In this document: in pieces, positions 20,633 through 30,445 of the stretch | How positions within the stretch are numbered: position 1 is the first letter of the stretch | How the letters are laid out: each line of letters begins with the position of its first letter | DNA from: Candidatus Bathyarchaeota archaeon | GTDB lineage: Archaea; Thermoproteota; Bathyarchaeia; Bathyarchaeales; Bathycorpusculaceae | Length of the DNA: 64,000 nucleotides | Assembly: GCA_963832745.1 (NCBI GenBank) | Contig: CAWHVC010000003.1 | Coordinates: 224,001-288,000 of the forward strand | Reading direction: 5' to 3' | Notes under the pieces: generated by a model | Database searches by the model: none | The model's input: only the letters and a program-made list of their open reading frames with translations | Told to the model about the DNA's origin: nothing | Program-made: the position numbers and the translations under genes

Positions 20633-21724
20633 TTAGAGGGCTTTGGCTTTTTTCTCAATTTTATAAAGCAACGTAGTTTCTCCCAGAATCAACAAAGTGT
20701 CATTTTCCAAAAGGGTAAAGCCGGGGTCAAAGAGGTTAGTCACAACTTTCCCATCTCTAATCACGCCGATGATTGAACCGTATTTGGAGATTTGCTGCAA
20801 ACCCTTCCCAATTAGTGGCGAACCCTTAAAGATGGAGAATTCTGCGATTTCTTTGGCACCGATTTTCTCCGAGAAAACAATACCTACCAGTCCCTTGGTG
20901 ACAGCTGAAAGCGCAAGCAAATGCCCAACAGTGACAGCATCGGGAATAACCATGCTTGCACCCGCCGCCTTCGCCGTGTCAACCAACGTTGGGTCATGAA
21001 CTACACTGATTACGCGGATGTCTTGGCGGACCTTGCGTGTAGTAAGCAGAATGAGCATGTTCTCTGCATCTTGCTCATGAGCTATAACAACCATGGAAGC
21101 CTGATCAATACCAGCGGTTTTGAGAGCTTCAATGGGCTGTGTTTCATATTCAAGCACCACAAAAATGTCCCGTTTAAGCAACTCATTATAGGTGTTGGGG
21201 TCCTTGGTCATTATTACGTAGTCAAAGCCTAATTCTTCAAGCTTTTCAGAAATGTATTTGCCTAAGTGACTGTAGCCAAACACGATTACGTGGTTTTTTA
21301 GTCGCTTCATTAACTGTTTTTGAGCTTCGCTTTTTGCAAGTTTACCGTCAACTAACATGCTAACCATACTCTGAACAATAGAGGCTAACGCTCCAACCGA
21401 TATTATAATCAAGACTATTAAAAGCACTGCTTCATCAGAGTTTAACGTGAAAAAGTTGCCGCCATTTGGAATGAACATGCCAATAGTAGTTATAGTAGAA
21501 ACTGAAGCCAAGAACGCGTTGATAGTTGGCAAATGGTCATAGTAAGAGTAGATGGCTGCGCCGAAAATGAACATTAAAGCGAGGATAAGTACCTGTCGAT
21601 AAACCGCTTTAACGAAAGCTATGGGACCATAGAAGGCTTGATAGAAAACGAAGCTAAATTTACGGGTACGTTTATGAATACGCCCTTTGGTGTGACCCCC
21701 GAAAATAAATTCCTCTTCATTCAT
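20633..21724 (-). CDS. Potassium-channel-family protein with TrkA-N/TrkA-C (RCK) domains
   Basis: Two TM helices around STITTIGMF pore loop, NHVIVFGYSHLG Rossmann motif, TrkA-C at C-terminus. Confidence 0.85.
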   Translation of the reverse strand: MNEEEFIFGGHTKGRIHKRTRKFSFVFYQAFYGPIAFVKAVYRQVLILALMFIFGAAIYSYYDHLPTINAFLASVSTITTIGMFIPNGGNFFTLNSDEAVLLIVLIIISVGALASIVQSMVSMLVDGKLAKSEAQKQLMKRLKNHVIVFGYSHLGKYISEKLEELGFDYVIMTKDPNTYNELLKRDIFVVLEYETQPIEALKTAGIDQASMVVIAHEQDAENMLILLTTRKVRQDIRVISVVHDPTLVDTAKAAGASMVIPDAVTVGHLLALSAVTKGLVGIVFSEKIGAKEIAEFSIFKGSPLIGKGLQQISKYGSIIGVIRDGKVVTNLFDPGFTLLENDTLLILGETTLLYKIEKKAKAL

Positions 21725-21818
21725 TCACGCGTCTTCCGATGCTGCCGCTTTTCCGTTTAATTAATTACACTGTTAAATAATGGTTCCTGTTCATAGCAGT
21801 TGACACGTTTGTTTTTAT

Positions 21819-24800
21819 TCATGGCTGCTGGGATTTCACGTAAACCTCAATATTCACTGCCGCCGTTGATTGTCCAATGAAATCCGACAGTTTTCCCGAC
21901 CAGCGAGGAGTTGAGTCTGCCGTGTACCCAACCGTCTGCGAGATTCCCCGCCATAGTAGTGCTTTATCATAGTCTTTAGCATCTTGAGGCATGAATTCAA
22001 AGATGCTACGACTGGCAACGATGACAAGTTTCTTCTTCATGCGGCTGATTGAAACGTTTATGCGGTTAAGGTTAAGGAGAAAATCGCTTTCACTGCGAAC
22101 GTAATCGGGGTCGCTAACAGTTGAGCTGATAATGATGAAGTCTGCTTCGCCGCCTTGATACCGTTCAACAGTATCTACACGGGTTTCACCGTAATCTTCT
22201 GCAAGCATATTCTTGAGCAGGCCTTTTTGGGCGTTATGCGGCGTAATCACACCTACAGCGTCGGGTGAAACACTGCGCACCAACGCGTTAACGATTGAAG
22301 CCTCAGTCAGATTTGACTGAAAACTTTCAGCCTCATCATGCACGATAAGCACAAACACGTTTTCCGGCTCCAAAACCACGCCTAAACCGTCAGTTGAAGG
22401 TTTAGAAGGCTCCAATGTTTCTTTCTGGTCACTGCGAAAATCGATTTTATCTTTTTCGTAAACCCACTCTTTAAGAAAATCAGCTATGACCGAGTGGCAC
22501 CTGTGACTTTCACAGAGCCGTTCTGCGGGGATGTCGGCTGGGTTTTTGCATTTTATCCGTTCAATTCCCAAATCCTCGTTACGAAGTAGGCGAAGGAAAT
22601 CCATTGCTGAGAGGAAACTGGCCATTTCTTCGAGTGTTCGGCGGTCTTCTTTTTCCCAGTTATGAGCGACGATAGGCGGGAGCTGACGGTGGTCACCTGC
22701 AACGAGGATTTGGCTATTTTTGGTCAGGAAGCTGCCGGAGAGGATGAGTTCGGGGAGTCGCATCATACTTGCTTCGTCCACGACTAGGAGGTCAAAGAAG
22801 CCTTCGCCCCAAGGTGGTTCGTTGCCGCCGATTTTCTTCATTAAACCGTACAGTCCTGGTGGGGTTAGGCATAGAATTAAGGGGTCAACAGCCGATGGAT
22901 TAGGCGTTAACGTGGATTGATTCATTAAAAGTCCAGTTAATTCTTCAACTGTACTTTTATCTTCATTATAGTTAACGTAGGTGACGCCTTCAATGGGCTT
23001 TACAGATGCAGTGTTGCTGCTGAGCACTCGGAAAATTCTCAGGTCTTTAAGGTCCTTGCCGCCCGCGTCAATATATTCCTGCCAGCACCGTGCAAGTTTA
23101 GCCACAAACTCTTGAATTGCCTTATGAGTTGGAGCAACCATTAACACGCGACATTTTGAAGCTGCACGGTGAGCAGCTACATGCGCCAAAACCGCCAACT
23201 GCAAAGTCTCAGTCTTCCCAGTACCCGGCGGACCTTGAAGCATAACGATGGGTTCTTTGCCAAACACGCGGTCAACAAAACGTGCCTGCTCCGCTTTAGG
23301 AGGCAAACGCCGTTTCTCCATCCAACCTAAAAAGTTGGAGGCAACTGTTTTTGGCAGGGCAGTATGTGTTGAGTTTGTTTTTTTGCCCGCAAGGTAATCT
23401 GCCAAGAGAAGGTAAAGCACGTTGTTGCCTGAATAATCAAGGCATTTTGCAGCCCTATCCGAAATGATGTCGTCGGCAAGCTCATCAAGGATATAGTAAC
23501 GTCCTTTTTCAAAAAGTTGCAGGTATTTGCCTTTGGCTTTTTCTGGGTCAGTCGTGGGCAGGTTATGCCAAGCACTGTATTTGCTGCCTTTGCCTCTTGG
23601 CCAACTGACAACTTTAATAGCAATTTCAGAACTCTGAACATCCACCTTGTCAACGATGGCGCGAGCGGATTTTTCTACTTCGGAAGGTGAACGTTTTTGG
23701 GCTTCCTCAAATTGGCCTGAAACATTTTTTGATAGTTCTGTTACTACCATCCAGTCGCCAGAACTGGAGCCGTCTGAACCTTTAACTCGGCAAGCGTTAG
23801 CGACACATTCAGCCTTAGGTAACCCGATACCTTCATAGATAAGCTTTCCTTTCACCACAAATTCCTGTTCGAACTCAAAAACGCTTGTACACTGGAAAAT
23901 TAGTGACCTGCCAGAAGCTACCCGCTGATAAGGCAACAACGCATAATGCTGGTACATTTCTTGCCGTTTAGAGAAATACTCCAAATCAAGGAATTCTCGG
24001 CAACTACGTTCAAGAGTAGAAAGCCCCAATGAGAATTCAGCAATTTTTGGAACACCAATCGGCTTCTTACCAAGGCGTCGGTTGCGAATGTTTAGTGACC
24101 GCTCAATATGCTCCAGCGCCAAGCAGATTTTTTGTCCCATCAAATTAAGTTCTTCATCAGTTATGCGGCGAGTCTTTTTTGTGTAATCACACCATTTTCG
24201 TTTCTCCAGTAGAACTTTGGCTTTGCCCTTTTCTTGATAGGTGTCCAATCTGCCTTTGACGCCCCAAATATATTCGATAGGCAATTGGTCGCCGAATCGG
24301 GCGCGTGCCGGGTAATAACCATCTTTATGATACAACTCGTCTCTTAGAAAAACTATGGAACCGTCAGGGTTCCTGTTGAAAGGTAAAGAGTAATTGAATA
24401 AACCGTCACGGAAAACCAAACTCAAATCCACAGATGTTCCGTCTTTACATTTGGCTGTCCAGTTTTTGCGGTCAAAATAGGCAGCTTGCTCAAGAATGGG
24501 TAACAATCCACAACTGTGAAATTTAAGCGCCTTTCGATGCTGCACCTCATCTTGCAAAATAGAGAACATTGGTTGGTCAATAGCCTGCCGCAAACCAAGA
24601 AGATCGCGGACTGCTCTGGCGCTAATAAGTGAGGGCTGACGGCAAACGGCTTTCATTAGAATGTCACGTTCTTGGCGACTGAAAAAATACAGGTGAATAG
24701 GAGCCTCATCTGGGCTGCCTACTTCGTTTGCGACCTTCTGGATTGCTGCACTTAGATCAGTGAAGAAGGCTTCAAGGAGAGTTTTTTCTTCGTCTAGGCA

Positions 24801-26168
24801 AGCTTGATGGTCGTCGGGTAGCATTCGGATAACTTGAGATATGCTTGGGACCTCGCCTCTGTAACGTGTACAGTTAACGCGTGCACTGATAAGGGAGACA
24901 ATGTCAAGCATGTAGTCCCATTCAACAAAAAGGTAAATGCGTATCATGCCATCAGGGCTAAACATTAACGACGTGTCGGCGCCAGTGGAAGGGTTGTCCT
25001 CGGGCAGGCTCCCGTATCCTGTGCCAGTTAACCATGGCATCCAACGGCTTTTGCTTGCACAGGGACTACCAGGGCGGATTCCACTTATCATGTATTGTGA
25101 ACGTTCAATAAGCCAGTCCAGTTTAGGACCAACAATTGGGTCAGTTGAGAGTTCATGAACTTTTTGAGGGTCATTTGCTGGAAGATTTTTGAAATCGTAG
25201 GGGCGCAGGCTGTAGGTATCAAAAACGGGTTTGAGCTTTGCCAAATCCTCGAGCCTGTAGATTCCATGGTGCCCAAGCGCTTTCTGTTCGCCACGGCTTA
25301 GATTTAGCAAGGCGATGCTTTCTTTTTCGACGGCGCAAATTATGCAGCATTCATTAAAGCCGCAGTTGTCACATCTCCAGCATAGTTGAAACTCTACCTG
25401 TTCCAGCGGTGTCTGATGAATACGGTTTAACTCACCATTACCGGCGAGCAGTCGTTCAACATCTTGAATTAATGGGCTTAGTTTGAATTTGGGCAGTTTT
25501 TCGGGGTCAAGACTTTCAAGGCTGGTTTCACGGTTGATTACGCCGCCTTCAATCTCAACATTAGAAATCAAACTGCCAAGCTCTCTTGACAAAAGCAGAA
25601 CATAAATTGCTACTTGAATACGGTGAGCGGTCTGCTCTTTCCATGAGGCTTTTAGTTCAAAAATTCGTACCTTGACTTTGCCGTTTCTTAGTGGCCAAAT
25701 CGCGATTAAATCAGTGATGCCTTTTACATCCCACACGCCAATTGGACCCTTCATGGGCGCTTGGTAAAGCAGCACAGGACGGTTATCGGTTTTTTCGCCT
25801 GCAGAAATTTGGGCTTCAATAATTTGCTTTAACTCGTTTAGGGAGTCAACTGCTTTTTCCCAACCATGCGTGTGAGGGTCATATTTGGTGAAATCATGAT
25901 AGTCAGCGGCTTTTGTTTTTAGTTCGGCGACTTTTTTCTCTTCGAGGGATTTGCCGGCGCCGTAAAGCAAGGGGCTAATAGGTTTGAAGGCTTCGGGCCA
26001 ACTACGTTTTTTGACTTCTTTGCCTTCAAATTTTAGTTTAAAGAAGCGTGGGCAACAGTTGAACCGAATGTATTCTGCTATGCCTGAAGCGGTTAGAGAA
26101 TCGCTGTTTTGCTCTTCTTCCTCGTCGTCAGTAAAAGTGTAGTCCATGTTTATGTCGCCATCGCTCAA
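21819..26168 (-). CDS. PD-(D/E)xK (RecB/Cas4-like) nuclease fused to a Dna2/UPF1-type SF1B helicase
   Basis: GITDL...FELKAS...HRIQVAIY with Cys cluster (CCPR; CWRCDNCGFNECC); QGPPGTGKT, VVDEASMM, AGDHRQLPP, VITPHNAQ, DTVERYQGGE, NRINVSISR. Confidence 0.85.
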   Translation of the reverse strand: MSDGDINMDYTFTDDEEEEQNSDSLTASGIAEYIRFNCCPRFFKLKFEGKEVKKRSWPEAFKPISPLLYGAGKSLEEKKVAELKTKAADYHDFTKYDPHTHGWEKAVDSLNELKQIIEAQISAGEKTDNRPVLLYQAPMKGPIGVWDVKGITDLIAIWPLRNGKVKVRIFELKASWKEQTAHRIQVAIYVLLLSRELGSLISNVEIEGGVINRETSLESLDPEKLPKFKLSPLIQDVERLLAGNGELNRIHQTPLEQVEFQLCWRCDNCGFNECCIICAVEKESIALLNLSRGEQKALGHHGIYRLEDLAKLKPVFDTYSLRPYDFKNLPANDPQKVHELSTDPIVGPKLDWLIERSQYMISGIRPGSPCASKSRWMPWLTGTGYGSLPEDNPSTGADTSLMFSPDGMIRIYLFVEWDYMLDIVSLISARVNCTRYRGEVPSISQVIRMLPDDHQACLDEEKTLLEAFFTDLSAAIQKVANEVGSPDEAPIHLYFFSRQERDILMKAVCRQPSLISARAVRDLLGLRQAIDQPMFSILQDEVQHRKALKFHSCGLLPILEQAAYFDRKNWTAKCKDGTSVDLSLVFRDGLFNYSLPFNRNPDGSIVFLRDELYHKDGYYPARARFGDQLPIEYIWGVKGRLDTYQEKGKAKVLLEKRKWCDYTKKTRRITDEELNLMGQKICLALEHIERSLNIRNRRLGKKPIGVPKIAEFSLGLSTLERSCREFLDLEYFSKRQEMYQHYALLPYQRVASGRSLIFQCTSVFEFEQEFVVKGKLIYEGIGLPKAECVANACRVKGSDGSSSGDWMVVTELSKNVSGQFEEAQKRSPSEVEKSARAIVDKVDVQSSEIAIKVVSWPRGKGSKYSAWHNLPTTDPEKAKGKYLQLFEKGRYYILDELADDIISDRAAKCLDYSGNNVLYLLLADYLAGKKTNSTHTALPKTVASNFLGWMEKRRLPPKAEQARFVDRVFGKEPIVMLQGPPGTGKTETLQLAVLAHVAAHRAASKCRVLMVAPTHKAIQEFVAKLARCWQEYIDAGGKDLKDLRIFRVLSSNTASVKPIEGVTYVNYNEDKSTVEELTGLLMNQSTLTPNPSAVDPLILCLTPPGLYGLMKKIGGNEPPWGEGFFDLLVVDEASMMRLPELILSGSFLTKNSQILVAGDHRQLPPIVAHNWEKEDRRTLEEMASFLSAMDFLRLLRNEDLGIERIKCKNPADIPAERLCESHRCHSVIADFLKEWVYEKDKIDFRSDQKETLEPSKPSTDGLGVVLEPENVFVLIVHDEAESFQSNLTEASIVNALVRSVSPDAVGVITPHNAQKGLLKNMLAEDYGETRVDTVERYQGGEADFIIISSTVSDPDYVRSESDFLLNLNRINVSISRMKKKLVIVASRSIFEFMPQDAKDYDKALLWRGISQTVGYTADSTPRWSGKLSDFIGQSTAAVNIEVYVKSQQP

Positions 26169-26295
26169 ATTTTTTTGCCTCTTTTTTGAAAGGTTAAGGT
26201 GTTGTCTTTAACTAATGTGGAGATTATTGTATTTACCGATAGTTTAAACCTAAGACGCAAAACCAAACACACCGCTGAAAGGAAACAAACTAAAA

Positions 26296-26868
26296 ATGCA
26301 TAAAACAATCAAACCCAGCAAACAGTTAACCTTTGACAGTTTACCCGCCGCACCCACAAAACAAGCCACCAACACAAAACCGGAAATGAAGAAACAAATT
26401 CGTGTAACCCAAATGGAAGCCGAAACAGGAATAGATGAATTAGCAATCAAAATCAGCTTTAAACTTGAACCTTCAAGGTTGAGCTTTTCTAAAGTTAGAG
26501 CCGACCTATTCTTTGAAGATGCCCATATCAGTTCAGTGTTGATTCGAGTACTTCAAGGACCCTTAGCAACGGATGAATCAGAGTACACTTGGATGCTTGA
26601 CACTAAAGGCATAGGTGCTGGCACATACAGGTTACGGGTTGCAATGTACGAGTTGTGGTCTTCGGGGGAACGGTTATGCCAAACCAGCAGCGACGTAACC
26701 GTGGATTATGTGCCGCAAACTCGGCAGTCAAGACTGGTTAAGATTCCAACAGTGATAAGTGTTGCAGGCGCAGACGTAACGGTTATTTCAGGCAAAGAAA
26801 AAGGCGTTTTTTCGGAAATAGAGAAAAAAGCAAAAAATGAGCAGTTAAGCCAAAGAGACAGTTATTAA
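26296..26868 (+). CDS. Hypothetical protein (Ig-like beta-rich)
   Basis: 190-aa ORF divergent from the nuclease-helicase; LDTKGIGAGTYRLRV is Ig-like. Confidence 0.6.
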   Translation: MHKTIKPSKQLTFDSLPAAPTKQATNTKPEMKKQIRVTQMEAETGIDELAIKISFKLEPSRLSFSKVRADLFFEDAHISSVLIRVLQGPLATDESEYTWMLDTKGIGAGTYRLRVAMYELWSSGERLCQTSSDVTVDYVPQTRQSRLVKIPTVISVAGADVTVISGKEKGVFSEIEKKAKNEQLSQRDSY

Positions 26869-26873
26869 GAGGT

Positions 26874-27251
26874 TTAGAGGATTTCTTTTACTTTTACGCG
26901 GTTACCTTTTTGCTCTTCTTCTTCAATTTTAATTTCAAGCCAACTTCGAACTACATCCTCATTACTTAAACCATGGCTGTGAGGTTCAGGCTGAACATGC
27001 CTTTTTATCATCATAAAACAGGTGTCAGAAATCATCATTTTATAGTTCCCGTTTGGCAAGGTCTTGATGGTTACGTGGCTTTCGTCTGTTGGCAGATTCC
27101 CGTAGGAGCCAGGGTTTTCAATATCTAATTCGCGTTCAAGCCATAACTCTAAAAGTTCAGTGTTTGGACGTTTTGGCTTTTTAATTTGGCTGTTAACGTA
27201 AGTCATGTAGTGTTCTGGAATTGTTAATTCGAATGTTTTCAAAGCGCACAC
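26874..27251 (-). CDS. Hypothetical protein
   Basis: 125-aa ORF with GGTGA SD; no recognised motif. Confidence 0.55.
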   Translation of the reverse strand: MCALKTFELTIPEHYMTYVNSQIKKPKRPNTELLELWLERELDIENPGSYGNLPTDESHVTIKTLPNGNYKMMISDTCFMMIKRHVQPEPHSHGLSNEDVVRSWLEIKIEEEEQKGNRVKVKEIL

Positions 27252-27320
27252 TCACCATGATTTAACTCTAAACATGCAATTAAATTTAATCCTAAAGCAA
27301 AGGGTAAAAGGAAAAGAGTG

Positions 27321-28457
27321 TTAGTTTTTGTTTGCAGTTTGGCTGTTGTTTTTGTTGTGAAGCTCTGCCAGTTTAAGAATGGTTTCTTTGTAGACGGCTA
27401 TAGCGTTTAAGTATTCTTGGATTTCAATGTGTTCGTCAACTGTGTGGTCAAGATGTGAATCTCCAGGGCCATAAGTTACTATTGGCAAATTCATGGCTTT
27501 TCCCAGAAGGTTCATGTCCCCAGTGCCTGTTTTCCGTAGCAACGTTGCAGGTCTGTTTAGCACTTTGCGGACTGATGAAGAAATAACGTGAACAAGCGGT
27601 GAAGACTTATTTGCTTCAAACGGCTCCACAGTATCTTGCACGGATGCTTTAATGTTGACTTCTGGGTTTGCATTTTGATAGTTTCCAATTATCTTCATCA
27701 TTTTATCGTAAACTTGTGCGGTTGTAAATTGTATGGGTACACGGACGTCAAGCATCATTTCAGCTTCAAAAGGAATAACAGAGTTTCCTTCCCCACCAAC
27801 CATTTTCACAAGACACACGGTTATTGAAGTGAAGGGTGTTTCTTGGGGGTCTATCGAAGGGAAAGCACAAGCTGACTTAATTTTTTCCCATAACTCATAC
27901 GCTTTTTCGAGCGCGTTATCATAAAGCCAAGGTGTTGAAGCGTGACCAGTTTCAGTTTTAACTACAATTTTTAGCTGAATCTGCCCTTTGTAACCAACAG
28001 TAATATTTTCGACTCCGCTGGGTTCACCAAAAACGGCGTAATCAGCTTCTATACCCTGAGTGATAAGGTGACGAACGCCTTTGCTTGTTGCTTCCTCTTC
28101 CACAACGCTTGCAATAAGGATTTTGCCTTTAAAATTGGGGTCTTTTGAAGCTGCGACCGCTGCCATGACCATTGCGGCTAAGGGTCCTTTTGCGTCGACT
28201 GCGCCTCGAGCGTAAATTTTGCCTTCTTCAATGCGGAGCGGCATGTGTCCTGCAACGGTGTCCATGTGACCACAAAGCAGGATAACTGGTTCGCCGTCAC
28301 CGACTACACCGATTACGTTGCCTATTGTGTCTATGCCGACTTCAAAGCCCATATTTTTCATTTCGAGGGCTAAAAAGTTGGCTATGTCTTGTTCTTTGCC
28401 GCTGGGGCTGTAAATGCCAAGTAGGTTAGTTAGAAACCGTACTGCTTGCTCGTTCAT
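27321..28457 (-). CDS. lysK: LysW-lysine/ornithine hydrolase (M20 family)
   Basis: GHMDTV, GRGAVDAKG, VEEE, YGPGDSHLDHT. Confidence 0.93.
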   Translation of the reverse strand: MNEQAVRFLTNLLGIYSPSGKEQDIANFLALEMKNMGFEVGIDTIGNVIGVVGDGEPVILLCGHMDTVAGHMPLRIEEGKIYARGAVDAKGPLAAMVMAAVAASKDPNFKGKILIASVVEEEATSKGVRHLITQGIEADYAVFGEPSGVENITVGYKGQIQLKIVVKTETGHASTPWLYDNALEKAYELWEKIKSACAFPSIDPQETPFTSITVCLVKMVGGEGNSVIPFEAEMMLDVRVPIQFTTAQVYDKMMKIIGNYQNANPEVNIKASVQDTVEPFEANKSSPLVHVISSSVRKVLNRPATLLRKTGTGDMNLLGKAMNLPIVTYGPGDSHLDHTVDEHIEIQEYLNAIAVYKETILKLAELHNKNNSQTANKN

Positions 28458-29637
28458 TTTCTTCTTCTCCTAACGCTTCATCTAATGTTTTTACTGCTTT
28501 GTCGATTTGTTCTTTGGTAATTATCAAGGGAGGCAAGATGCGGATTACGGTTCTGCCAGCGTCTATAACAAGAACACCTTTGCTTATTGTTTTCATAATT
28601 ACGCCATAAACGTCATAGCGTAATTCAATGCCAAGCATTAAGCCTAAACCGCGCACTTCTTTGACGATTTTGTGTTTGGCAGCAACTGCTTCAAGTTGTT
28701 CTTTGAAGTATTTTCCGTTAACTGCAGCTTTACCAGCTAAGTCTTCTTCCAGCAAGGCGTCGATTGCGGCGCATCCTGCTGCACAAACAAGTGGGCTGCC
28801 GCTGAAAGTTGTTGAGTGTTCACCGATTTTAAGGGTGGACATGAGGTCTTCTCTTGCAACGGTTATGCCGATTGGTAAGCCACCTGCGAACGGTTTGGCG
28901 AGGCACATGATGTCTGGTGTTACATCCCAGTTTTGGCATCCAAAGAGTTTGCCTGTACGTCCAAAACTTGACTGAACCTCATCAAGAATAAGAAGAACAC
29001 CTTTTTCAGTGCAGATTTCCCGTACCTGTTGCAGGTAACCGTCTGGTGGAACGCGGATTCCGCCTTCTCCACGGATGGGTTCGATTATGACTGCGGCGGT
29101 TTTGTCGGTTATTGCTTCCCGTATCTTGTCCGGATTGTCGGGTGCAACATGTTTTATGTCGGGTATTAGTGGCATGAAGGGTTCGCGGTATTTTTTGTCC
29201 CATGTAAGGGATAAAGCACCCATTGTTTTGCCATGATAAGCACCCATTACGCCGATAATTTCTGTTTTACCGGTTGCTTTCCGTGCAAGTTTTATTGCAC
29301 ATTCTACCGATTCAGCGCCGCTGTTTGAAAGAAACGCTTTATCCAAGCCTTTGGGGGTAATACTGACTAGTTTTTGGATGAATTCAGCGCGTTTATCATT
29401 GTAGTAGCAACTATGCAGTGTAATGAGTTGTTCTACTTGGGTTTTTACAGCTTCAACAATTTTTGGGTGACAATGCCCAAGTGCAGCTACGCCGTAACTG
29501 CTTGCGCAGTCAAGATATTCTTTACCGTTAATATCCCACAGCAGTGCGCCTTTACCGCGTGTGAATACAAGTGGCTTTTTAGAGAAAACGTTAGCCAAAT
29601 AACGTGTTTCAATATCCATTATTTCTTTTTCATTCAC
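28426..29637 (-). CDS. lysJ: LysW-semialdehyde aminotransferase (LysJ/ArgD)
   Basis: Class III PLP motifs SNSGAESVECAIK and DEVQS..GRTGK; lies in the lysW cluster. Confidence 0.93.
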   Translation of the reverse strand: MNEKEIMDIETRYLANVFSKKPLVFTRGKGALLWDINGKEYLDCASSYGVAALGHCHPKIVEAVKTQVEQLITLHSCYYNDKRAEFIQKLVSITPKGLDKAFLSNSGAESVECAIKLARKATGKTEIIGVMGAYHGKTMGALSLTWDKKYREPFMPLIPDIKHVAPDNPDKIREAITDKTAAVIIEPIRGEGGIRVPPDGYLQQVREICTEKGVLLILDEVQSSFGRTGKLFGCQNWDVTPDIMCLAKPFAGGLPIGITVAREDLMSTLKIGEHSTTFSGSPLVCAAGCAAIDALLEEDLAGKAAVNGKYFKEQLEAVAAKHKIVKEVRGLGLMLGIELRYDVYGVIMKTISKGVLVIDAGRTVIRILPPLIITKEQIDKAVKTLDEALGEEENERASSTVSN

Positions 29638-30439
29638 TAGTTATCACTGTACCAACTTGATGATTAAGAACTGAAGTTATAGGCTGCTTAGCAGTTCCTG
29701 AAGTTACAAGAACCTCTTTGACGCCTTGATTGAGCGCTTCCAAACCTGCATGAACTTTGGTGCTCATGCCACCGCCGATTTTAGATAGAACCTCTTTGAC
29801 TTCGGTTGCAGCGATTTTTGGCACACGCTCGCCTTTAAGAATTAAACCTTCAACATCAGTTAATAGAATAAGTTTATCTGCTTTTAAGGCACCTGCGACT
29901 ATTGCGGCTGTTCTGTCGCCATCCACGTTTAGGGGTTCACAGTCTTGACTTAACGCAATCGGAGTCACGATTGGCACGTAGCCTTTTTCAAGCAGCAGAT
30001 TAAGCAACTCAGTGTTTACTTGAGTAATTTTGCCTGTATAGCCACCATCGATAACTTTTTTCCGTCCACGCTCATCAACAACGATTAAGCGCGTTTTACG
30101 TTCAGCTTTCAAGATTCCAGCATCTAATCCGCTTAAGCCTACAGCGGGCAATCCTTGGGCTTCAAGAGCCAACACGATTTGTTTGTTAAGTTTGCCCGCC
30201 ATGACCATGGTGTAGATTTCGATGGTTTCTTTGTCGGTGTAGCGACTGCGGAAACCTTCAGGTGACATGATGAATTTTTGTTCTTTGCCAAGTTTAGCGG
30301 CGATTTCGGTAACTTCCACTCCGCCTCCATGGACGAGAACGACTTTATGTTCTTTGGCGACTTCTTTTAGGTCGGATACTAGGTCGCTGGATGCACCTTC
30401 TTTCAGGATGCTTCCACCCATTTTAATAACAAGCAGCAT
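29630..30439 (-). CDS. lysZ: LysW-aminoadipate/glutamate kinase (LysZ/ArgB)
   Basis: VIKMGGS, VHGGG, GFRSRYTD, LNVDGDR, GGGMSTK. Confidence 0.93.
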   Translation of the reverse strand: MLLVIKMGGSILKEGASSDLVSDLKEVAKEHKVVLVHGGGVEVTEIAAKLGKEQKFIMSPEGFRSRYTDKETIEIYTMVMAGKLNKQIVLALEAQGLPAVGLSGLDAGILKAERKTRLIVVDERGRKKVIDGGYTGKITQVNTELLNLLLEKGYVPIVTPIALSQDCEPLNVDGDRTAAIVAGALKADKLILLTDVEGLILKGERVPKIAATEVKEVLSKIGGGMSTKVHAGLEALNQGVKEVLVTSGTAKQPITSVLNHQVGTVITSE

Positions 30440-30445
30440 GGTAAA

